Translations under genes and position numbers: made by a program
NCBI GenBank assembly: GCA_965140415.1
Contig: OZ223209.1
Span: 3,072,001 to 3,136,000 of the forward strand
Direction of reading: 5' to 3'
DNA length: 64,000 nucleotides
Origin: Myxococcota bacterium
GTDB taxonomy: Bacteria > Myxococcota_A > SURF-8
In this document: piece after piece, positions 56,680 through 64,000 of the stretch
Layout: each line of letters opens with the position of its first letter
How positions within the stretch are numbered: position 1 is the first letter of the stretch
The notes under the pieces: model-generated
Told to the model about the DNA's origin: nothing
Seen by the model: the letters and a program-made list of their open reading frames with translations, nothing else
The model's database searches: none

Positions 56680-58341
56680 TTAACACCGACACTTTTCGCA
56701 AACGTCATCTTCACCGGTTTTCAGCTTCAATGCGGTTTTCACCAGGTGATAAAAAAGCTCTGCCGGATTTTCAAGACTGCTCGTCAATTCCGGATGGAAT
56801 TGGCTTGCGACAAAATACGGATGATCGGGCAATTCCATCAACTGCATGATCTCTCCGCCGGGCGCGTAACCCGAAAATACCAAGCCTTTTTCCTTAAGCA
56901 TTCCAACGTATTCCGGGTTTATTTCGTAGCGATGACGGAAGCGTCGGCGAATCTTGTCTTTGCCGTAAATCTTGTAAGCCATGGTATCCGGTTCGATAAT
57001 CACATCGTGGCCGCCAAGGCGCATGGTGCCGCCTTTGTATACGATTTTCTGCTGTTCCGGCAGTACGCAGACCAGCGGTTTTTCCACCTTGTGGCCGTCG
57101 GCTTCGATTTCCGTCGTGTTTGCACCGGAAATGCCACAGACGTTGCGCGCATATTCCACAACGGCCAACTGCATGCCGTAACAGATGCCAAGGAACGGAA
57201 TCTTCTCTTCGCGACAAGCCTGAATGACATCGATTTTGCCCTCGATTCCCCGTGTTCCGAAGCCGCCGGGAACGATAACGGCATCGACGCCATCCAGTGC
57301 GTCTTTCACGGTGATTTTGCCGTTTTCGATTTCTGTCGTCTCGATCCAGGTGAAATCAAGGTCGACTGAAAGATGGGCACGGGTATGGTTGAGCGCCTCG
57401 AAGATGGAGGCATAGGAATCGTGTAGATCCACATACTTACCACAAATGGCAATCGTCAAGCGGGTCTTGTTCTCCTTCGCCATCATCCGATTCACGAGAT
57501 GTCGCCAGTTGTCCAGGCGCGGGGGCGAATAAATCTGCAATTTCTTGTGCAATAATTCCGCAATACCTTCTTCTTCGTACAGCAATGGAATTCGGTAAAC
57601 CGTATCCACATCCGGGCCACTGATCACCGCATCCGAATCAATATTACAGAACAGAGCGATCTTTTCCTTGATTTTGGGAGTAAGATCGGTCGGGCAACGT
57701 CCAATGATGATATCGGGATAGATTCCTCGCTCATTCATCAATTTTACGGACTGCTGGGTTGGTTTTGATTTCTGCTCGTCCACACCGGAAGGAATGGGCA
57801 CGTAAGTCAAATGCACGGAAACGATATTGTCGCGACCGATTTCCTGGCGAAGCTGGCGAACGCTTTCCAGGAACAGTTCGTTTTCCATATCGCCGATGGT
57901 GCCACCGATTTCAACCAGCAGGATGTCTGCTTTTTCTACTTTAGCGATTTCACAAAGCTTTTCTTTAATGGCATCCGCTACATGGGGAATGAACTGGACG
58001 GTCTGTCCAAGAAAATCACCTCGGCGCTCTCTGTCCAGGATCGATTTAAACACCTTGCCCATCGTCAGGTTCCAACCAAACTTGCAGGTAACGCCTAAAA
58101 AGCGCTCGTAATGGCCGAAATCCATATCCACTTCACCGCCATCGTCAAGCACGAAAACTTCGCCGTGTTCGATGGGGTTCATGGTGCCGGGATCGGTATT
58201 GAGGTAGCCGTCGCATTTGACCGGAACCACTTTCAGGCGATCACCGAGCAGATGGCCGATAGATGCGGTCGCGATTCCTTTGCCCAAGCCGGACAAAACG
58301 CCTCCCGTAACCACAATGAACTTAGGACCGGAATATGCCAT
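56680..58341 (-). CDS. pyrG: CTP synthase
   Basis: TGGVLSGLGKGI; DPGTM; HGEVFV; GGTIGD; KSKPTQ; PGGFG.RG; GICYG; MRLG; RHRYE; QFHPE. Confidence 0.97.
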   Translation of the reverse strand: MAYSGPKFIVVTGGVLSGLGKGIATASIGHLLGDRLKVVPVKCDGYLNTDPGTMNPIEHGEVFVLDDGGEVDMDFGHYERFLGVTCKFGWNLTMGKVFKSILDRERRGDFLGQTVQFIPHVADAIKEKLCEIAKVEKADILLVEIGGTIGDMENELFLESVRQLRQEIGRDNIVSVHLTYVPIPSGVDEQKSKPTQQSVKLMNERGIYPDIIIGRCPTDLTPKIKEKIALFCNIDSDAVISGPDVDTVYRIPLLYEEEGIAELLHKKLQIYSPPRLDNWRHLVNRMMAKENKTRLTIAICGKYVDLHDSYASIFEALNHTRAHLSVDLDFTWIETTEIENGKITVKDALDGVDAVIVPGGFGTRGIEGKIDVIQACREEKIPFLGICYGMQLAVVEYARNVCGISGANTTEIEADGHKVEKPLVCVLPEQQKIVYKGGTMRLGGHDVIIEPDTMAYKIYGKDKIRRRFRHRYEINPEYVGMLKEKGLVFSGYAPGGEIMQLMELPDHPYFVASQFHPELTSSLENPAELFYHLVKTALKLKTGEDDVCEKCRC

Positions 58342-58424
58342 GGAATTCCCCTTCTATCGGCTGTCTCGCGCCGCACAATAATCGTTGATCAAGGTTTTTG
58401 GGCGGATCGCGCGGTTCGTTCGCA

Positions 58425-58459
58425 CGGGGGGATTATACTGAGTACGGCTTTGAATGCAA
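58425..58459 (-). promoter_or_regulatory. pyrG promoter TTGCAT-N16-TATAAT-CCCCCCG
   Basis: + strand atgcaa at 58454-58459, attata at 58432-58437, G6 run at 58426-58431. Confidence 0.55.
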
Positions 58460-58510
58460 GTCCTTTTCAGCAATCCTTTTCGAGTTTCGATAAACGCATG
58501 TTATTTGCAG

Positions 58511-61120
58511 CTATGGCTCTAATTCACCGTACATTTCTGTGAGCGATGTTTGAAGCCATTGTTCATTCGGCAATAGTTCAAGAATAACAGGGTAAAGATA
58601 CTGATTGTTGGCAATGTTGCCGAATAAATGACAACCCAGCACTCCTTGAGCGCCTTTTGTGCCTTCCAATTCGAAGATCCGGGCAGGAAGATCTTTATTT
58701 GTCCTAAAACCTTGAATTGCAAAAGCTTTCCAGTCGTACCCCTGTTCTCCGCCCAGTACAACAAAGCTACGTTTGGAATTCTCTTCCTCCGTAGCCAGAA
58801 TCGATACGGAATACCATCTCGGGAATGGATCGTTGTGGGTTTCTACTAAATTATCAGTCTTTTCATAAAGATAAAACGATGGGAAGAGTGTTTCTTCCGG
58901 CTTCGCCTTCAGATAAGGATTCGTAACCCTTTGAAACGCTTCCCAGTTCGCCATCCCGTTTTCCATTTTATAGGCAAGCTGAACGGTAGAGGAATCCTGC
59001 CAACTATGGAACGCCCTGAAAATCGCAACCGTTGTGCCATCCAATGCTTTGATGCGATACCGTTTTTCAAGGTTTTCAGGAAGAGAATGTTCCTTGACTT
59101 TTACGATTCGCAGCGTGTTTTCACAAGCTTGTTCGGAATGCTCCGCTTTGTTAGAAGCGAGATCGAGTTTATCCAGCGGCAGATATAGCGGTAAGGCCTG
59201 ATAGAAATATACATTACCGGGTAGTTGGACGCACTGCCGAATCTTTGAATAGCTATACCCCATTTCAGTGAGTTCATCGGCAATGATGTTGACGTCAGAA
59301 TACGTCCACTTCGAGAGGGAACGCTGATGATGCACGACGCGACTGTCATCGATGTAATATAAATGGTAGCTCATCAATGCTATCAGCATCAACACTGTCA
59401 ACGAAGTAGCCAGTCGGTTGGCGGCTCGCAATCGTGTCAGGCTTGCAATCCAGGAAAGCAAACGGACTGCAAGAACGGGAAAAATCAGCATACAAAACGG
59501 GAAAACCAACTGATAATAATGAGCGGAACAGTAAAAGGTCACCTGCTGCAACAGCTTCAAAGGGGTCGTGTCGTTGGTTGGGTATAAGAACTCACTATCC
59601 GAAATGTTTGGTACAACGATTTGAAGGAAGATGTACCCAATTAATCCGAACAATGCCAAACCGATCCGAATATCTTTCCTGCTGCGCTTTTCGTACAGAC
59701 GCGGGCGCAACCAGAAACCAAGCAGTGAAAATAGCAGGAGCGCCTCGATCATTGAAAGAATCACTCCGGAGCCTATCAAAAGCCGCAAGTTTCCAAGGTA
59801 GGCTTCGTAACTGCTGACCAACATGAAAATCGCCAGTACGAAAACAGCCTGTATCGTTTCCAGCAGTGGCCGGCGCGAATAGGCTCCGATGATCGTCAAG
59901 AGAGGTGCAAGCAGCAGGTAGTTGATCAGGTGGCCTTCTCCTGCAAGAAAAAGGGCTAGCAATGCCCCCCAGTATCCAATGCGGCTCTGATTGCGAATAT
60001 AGGAAATCACTGCCGAGGTGAACGCAAGCACGCACAGTGGGGTCAGTGAGTCGTTCAGTAAGTTCGGATAAAGCGACCATTTTAACAGTAGATATATGGA
60101 GAAAAGGGCGACCGGTACGGCGTAGCGCCTTCCGGCGATCCAAATTGCAAAGAGATAAGCCGCCGCCGCCTGGATCCCCAGCATGAAAATGACAAGATAA
60201 TGTATTGTCCGAACGGAAATCCCCAGCCATTGAAAGAGGACGAACACGTGGACAGGCAGTCCTCCCATCTTCAGGTTTCCAATCGCTGGAGGGCCTTCGA
60301 AGTGACAGTTGATGCCGGTCAGGCAGTCGCGAGCCCAGACAAGATATTCTGTGCTGTCATCGAGCAGCGGAACACCTTTGCTTAGTACCGCCAGCAACAA
60401 GGAGATGAAAGCGCCCCAAAGCAAAGCCAGGTAAACATCTTGTCGTACAAGTTTTCTGCCTTTTCTATTATTTTCTTCCGCACCGATGATCCATAGGGCA
60501 AACGAGGTCGTCCGCTTTCCGCACATTCGCAACAACTTCGAAATCGGAGTCAAGGCTTTACCTGCGGGACGATCCGTGCCGAACACACCTGATTTTGAGG
60601 CGACCTGCCACAGAATCACCAATATGACGATCCCGAAAAACCAGTAATGCAGTAGAAAACTACCAGTTCCGGCAATCGGTGCTGCGTTTAAGCTATTGTG
60701 ATGCTGAAACAGTTCCAGCGAAATCGCGTTGTCTTTTTTCGATGCTTTCTTTACGAAAGGTTGGTAGCCGGTCTGCGTTTCAAGCCGAGTGAGTTGTTGC
60801 TGAATGAACTGTAGAATTGAGGTGGGTGGCGTTTCTCCCGGTAATGGTTGAATCTGGTAATACCTGCTCAACCATTGTCCATTATCTCCGCGGCGATAAG
60901 TGATTTCCACCGAGGTCTGTTCTTTTCCTCTGCTCAGATGAAGATGAACGAATTCCGGTTGCGAGTCGATTTGCGAGATGCTCCAGCCGGAATCCAGGGA
61001 ATCGCCAATTTCCCAAGGTAACGAGGATTGGCCCTCGTTTGCCTGTACATCCAAAGAGCATAGAAATCCCACGAGAAGAAGGACGCAATAAACAAGAAAG
61101 GAGCTTTTGATTGGGTTCAT
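58511..61120 (-). CDS. Large multi-pass membrane protein, possible GT-C (ArnT/PMT-like) glycosyltransferase
   Basis: Signal peptide, ~12 TM helices, LDDS.EY acidic motif after a TM helix, C-terminal soluble domain. Confidence 0.5.
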   Translation of the reverse strand: MNPIKSSFLVYCVLLLVGFLCSLDVQANEGQSSLPWEIGDSLDSGWSISQIDSQPEFVHLHLSRGKEQTSVEITYRRGDNGQWLSRYYQIQPLPGETPPTSILQFIQQQLTRLETQTGYQPFVKKASKKDNAISLELFQHHNSLNAAPIAGTGSFLLHYWFFGIVILVILWQVASKSGVFGTDRPAGKALTPISKLLRMCGKRTTSFALWIIGAEENNRKGRKLVRQDVYLALLWGAFISLLLAVLSKGVPLLDDSTEYLVWARDCLTGINCHFEGPPAIGNLKMGGLPVHVFVLFQWLGISVRTIHYLVIFMLGIQAAAAYLFAIWIAGRRYAVPVALFSIYLLLKWSLYPNLLNDSLTPLCVLAFTSAVISYIRNQSRIGYWGALLALFLAGEGHLINYLLLAPLLTIIGAYSRRPLLETIQAVFVLAIFMLVSSYEAYLGNLRLLIGSGVILSMIEALLLFSLLGFWLRPRLYEKRSRKDIRIGLALFGLIGYIFLQIVVPNISDSEFLYPTNDTTPLKLLQQVTFYCSAHYYQLVFPFCMLIFPVLAVRLLSWIASLTRLRAANRLATSLTVLMLIALMSYHLYYIDDSRVVHHQRSLSKWTYSDVNIIADELTEMGYSYSKIRQCVQLPGNVYFYQALPLYLPLDKLDLASNKAEHSEQACENTLRIVKVKEHSLPENLEKRYRIKALDGTTVAIFRAFHSWQDSSTVQLAYKMENGMANWEAFQRVTNPYLKAKPEETLFPSFYLYEKTDNLVETHNDPFPRWYSVSILATEEENSKRSFVVLGGEQGYDWKAFAIQGFRTNKDLPARIFELEGTKGAQGVLGCHLFGNIANNQYLYPVILELLPNEQWLQTSLTEMYGELEP

Positions 61121-61234
61121 GCGAATGATCGTAATTTCACATGGTTAAGAAGTCAAGTCGCTCAGCCTGACAATTTCCAACAGGAAAACGACTGTCCTTA
61201 ACAACGATGACAACACCGCTACGTATGAAATGCC

Positions 61235-62638
61235 TTATGCTTGCGCCAGTTCCCGCCGTTTCTTGATGTGCTGATTGGCCGTAACCGCCAAAATGGCCAC
61301 ACTGAATACGCCGGAGAGGATCAGCATGTAAGGCAACTGACCGAATACCGCCATCATGAAAATGGTGAAGATAAAGAAATCCCGTTTAGCCAGGAATTTC
61401 AAAAATGCCAATACACGCACGAAGATGCGGTTGTCTTGCAGACTGTCCTTTTTGTTAAAGGTATAGTCGATCGCCATCACATCGCCGGAGTCGGTGTATT
61501 TAATAATATAGGAATACATCAATGGTGTGATGAACGAGTAGTTGAACAGAGTCAGCAAACCGAACCACAGCAACCATGCCGGACCGGCAGTACCTGCCCA
61601 TACGGTGTAGGTGATGCCTGCAAAGAACGAATAATTCGAAATGTCGTCTGCAACCGTATCGAACCATTCACCATATTTCGAAAACTGGTATTTCAATCGC
61701 GCCAGTTCTCCATCCACGCCGTCGACAATCGAGGCGAACTGGAACAGTCCGGCCCCCAGCAGCATCCACCAGTAACCGCCATTGGTTACACACCAGATTG
61801 CAATCATGGCCAATACGACCGTAAACCCGCTAGCCATGTTAGGAGTTATGAACGTCTTCGCCAGTACACGCGAAATCGGGATCGAAATGTTGCGATTGAT
61901 CGATCGCGCAATCAGACCGTCAATCTGCTTGCGTAATGCATTCAGCAACTTTTCTTCTACCGGTTTCCAATCTCGTCGCTCTCTGAGCGTACTCCACCAG
62001 ATATGGTCGTCAAGAGTCAGTGTGTCGAGCTTGCCGCCCTTGCTCTGCCACTCGAAAACTTCCGTCAATTTTCCACTGGTCGCAGCCAGAATGCCCAACG
62101 CCTCTTTAGAAAACAGGAAGACGCCCGCCAGGGGGAAACCTGCCGCCCTGCTTCCAAAACGCCAGCCGCCTTCTTCAAAAAAGACCGGTTTGTCATTGGC
62201 ATGCGGTTCGCGTCGAATGGCCGCCGTCATGCCGCTTTGGCAACCGTGCGCATCCAGTGCCATAAACAACTGCGGGGTTGCTACCAGATCGCTGCGACAC
62301 AAGTAGGTGGGACCATCGATTTCCTTCGCGATGGTGCACAGCGCTTCCGAAGCATCCGAGTCTTTAGCGATAAATGAGAATTTGCATTCATGTGTGATGC
62401 GGAAATCTTCTTTTATGATTCGTTCCGCTTCGCGCTCGCTCTCCGGCAATACGAGATGGCTGCGAGTGACCCCGGCATCCTGCAACTGTCGCAATACACG
62501 CACGATCAACGGAACGCCGAGTATCGACTCCGTAAGTCGAACCGGTTCCCCTTCTGTTTCCGTTTGCCCAAGGAAACCGTATTCCGGTGCAATTACAATC
62601 GCTTCGGTCACTGTAGTATTTGCAACAATCGTGCTCAT
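61235..62638 (-). CDS. CDP-alcohol phosphotransferase fused to a degenerate nucleotidyltransferase domain (IPCT/DIPPS-like)
   Basis: INRNISIPIS; ITPN; DGVDGELAR...GEWFD.VAD signature; N-domain lacks LAAG.G.R. Confidence 0.85.
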   Translation of the reverse strand: MSTIVANTTVTEAIVIAPEYGFLGQTETEGEPVRLTESILGVPLIVRVLRQLQDAGVTRSHLVLPESEREAERIIKEDFRITHECKFSFIAKDSDASEALCTIAKEIDGPTYLCRSDLVATPQLFMALDAHGCQSGMTAAIRREPHANDKPVFFEEGGWRFGSRAAGFPLAGVFLFSKEALGILAATSGKLTEVFEWQSKGGKLDTLTLDDHIWWSTLRERRDWKPVEEKLLNALRKQIDGLIARSINRNISIPISRVLAKTFITPNMASGFTVVLAMIAIWCVTNGGYWWMLLGAGLFQFASIVDGVDGELARLKYQFSKYGEWFDTVADDISNYSFFAGITYTVWAGTAGPAWLLWFGLLTLFNYSFITPLMYSYIIKYTDSGDVMAIDYTFNKKDSLQDNRIFVRVLAFLKFLAKRDFFIFTIFMMAVFGQLPYMLILSGVFSVAILAVTANQHIKKRRELAQA

Positions 62639-62650
62639 CGCGCTCGATCC

Positions 62651-63412
62651 TTATTTTTCGAAGTGAATTTTACCTTGAGAAAGCAGCTTTTGAGCGTATT
62701 CCAACGTTTCAGGCGTATCGACATCTTGCCACAAAGCCTCGCCAATATCGAAATATCCAAAGCGTCCCTGCGCTCCTAGATTGCCCATGCCATCTGAAAT
62801 CGAGCAGTCGCCCTTTTTGTCGTAGACGCCCTGTAAGTTTTCGAAAACTTCAGGCAGACAGTGGAATAAACCGATATCGATCGCATTATATTCCGGCAGC
62901 ATTTTTCCGATCTGAACGATGCGGTCCTCTTCCGTAACGACCTTGGTGGCGTCGTCAAGGTCGAAGACCTGATCGATCTTGCGGTCGATGCACAAGCGCG
63001 CGCCCTTATTGCTCAGGCCATCTTCAATCAAAGTCTTGGCGGTGGTCACATCGTATACATGATCGGACATTGAAAGCAGGAAAGGCTCTTCTACCGCAAC
63101 TTTGGCAGCTAAAAGCGAAACGCCATTGGCTAGCGTATCCCATTTCGGGTTGAAAACCGCCTGCACCTGCACACCAAGTTCATCCGCCAGCGGTAAAACC
63201 GCCGCTTCGACTTTCTCATTCATGTAACCGGTAACGACTACGACTTTCTTGATTCCGGCTTTTACCAGGGTTTTAATAACGCGAACCACCATCGGGACGC
63301 TTTCCAACTCGATCAGAGGCTTGGAGATCGCCTCGCCCTCTTTCGCCAGACCTTGTACCCGACTTCCCCAACCCGCTGCCAGAATCACAGCCGTTTCGGT
63401 ATTTTTCTGCAT
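62651..63412 (-). CDS. Inositol-1-phosphate/phosphocholine cytidylyltransferase-family NTP transferase
   Basis: AVILAAGWGSR..KPL; NGVSLL; LSMSDH; DATKV; YNAIDIGLF; WQDVDTPE. Confidence 0.85.
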   Translation of the reverse strand: MQKNTETAVILAAGWGSRVQGLAKEGEAISKPLIELESVPMVVRVIKTLVKAGIKKVVVVTGYMNEKVEAAVLPLADELGVQVQAVFNPKWDTLANGVSLLAAKVAVEEPFLLSMSDHVYDVTTAKTLIEDGLSNKGARLCIDRKIDQVFDLDDATKVVTEEDRIVQIGKMLPEYNAIDIGLFHCLPEVFENLQGVYDKKGDCSISDGMGNLGAQGRFGYFDIGEALWQDVDTPETLEYAQKLLSQGKIHFEK

Positions 63413-63560
63413 GTATAGACCTCACCTTGGACCCAGAACTCGGATCATTGTTTCAAGCGGCTGACACCCATCACAGAAACACTGCCGCCGCAGGTTTGTA
63501 GCGCGAAATCATGGGTAAAGTCAAGCTATTCAATGGTTTCCCAGTGATACGCCGACAGCC

Positions 63561-64000
63561 CTACCCCATTCTACCGGCCTTCACCAACTTTGCCGGGTCC
63601 AGCCATTGATCCACTTCTTCCGGCTTCAGAATGCCCATCGTAACCACCGCTTCGGCCACCGTGACGTTATCGGCATGGGCCTTATAGGCAACCTTCGCCG
63701 CTTCGGCATAACCGATTTTGGAGATCAGAGCTGTGGCAATCGCCAGAGAGCTATTGAGATCCCGGCTGACTTCCTCTTCTCGGACGGTCATGTTTTCCAC
63801 CAGCCGTGTGCGGAAGACTTCGCAGGCGTTGGCCAGTATTTCCATCGATCCGAGCAAGGCATAGGCCGTTACTGGTAATGTTACGTTCAACTCGAACTGT
63901 CCGCCCGCCGCCGCCGCCAGCACCGTGGCATGATGTCCCGCAACCGCCATGGCGACCTGCACGACTGATTCGCATACGACCGGGTTTACTTTACCCGGCA
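63561..64000 (-). CDS. fumC: Class II fumarate hydratase/aspartase, 3' part (truncated by window edge)
   Basis: Frame open to the window end: (M)PGKVNPVVCES; GQFELNV..P; IGY..AA.VA..A; WLDP. Confidence 0.8.
   Translation of the reverse strand, partial: PGKVNPVVCESVVQVAMAVAGHHATVLAAAAGGQFELNVTLPVTAYALLGSMEILANACEVFRTRLVENMTVREEEVSRDLNSSLAIATALISKIGYAEAAKVAYKAHADNVTVAEAVVTMGILKPEEVDQWLDPAKLVKAGRMG

Overview
Bacterial chromosomal window with roughly balanced GC. Gene content (AgmX/PglI TonB-C proteins, EGF- and DGD-repeat lipoproteins, MHMAD-type NikMN) suggests a deltaproteobacterial/Myxococcota-like organism; this is inference. It holds about 42 CDS. Housekeeping genes are carAB, pyrG, nfi, bcp, yfgM-bamB, an ECF Ni/Co transporter, an OmpR-type two-component pair and a partial fumC. 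These are interleaved with many modular secreted lipoproteins. One complete IS4-family element has inverted repeats and a 10-bp target duplication. No rRNA, tRNA or CRISPR array was seen. Highlights: (1) a 5-gene lipoprotein operon with GH13 and GH15 starch/glycogen hydrolases on EGF- or DGD-repeat stalks; (2) a shared acidic motif after the lipidated Cys in 10 lipoproteins, a candidate surface-sorting signal; (3) an orphan flagellin-like protein with a tandemly duplicated D1 domain and a CsrA-type leader; (4) a ~215-nt intergenic hairpin with a diverged partial copy at the window start; (5) GTAG-type REP palindromes bracketing an AT-richer lipoprotein gene; (6) a PAP2/IPC-synthase-like gene broken by an in-frame TAA. 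All calls come from manual motif reading; no database searches were run.
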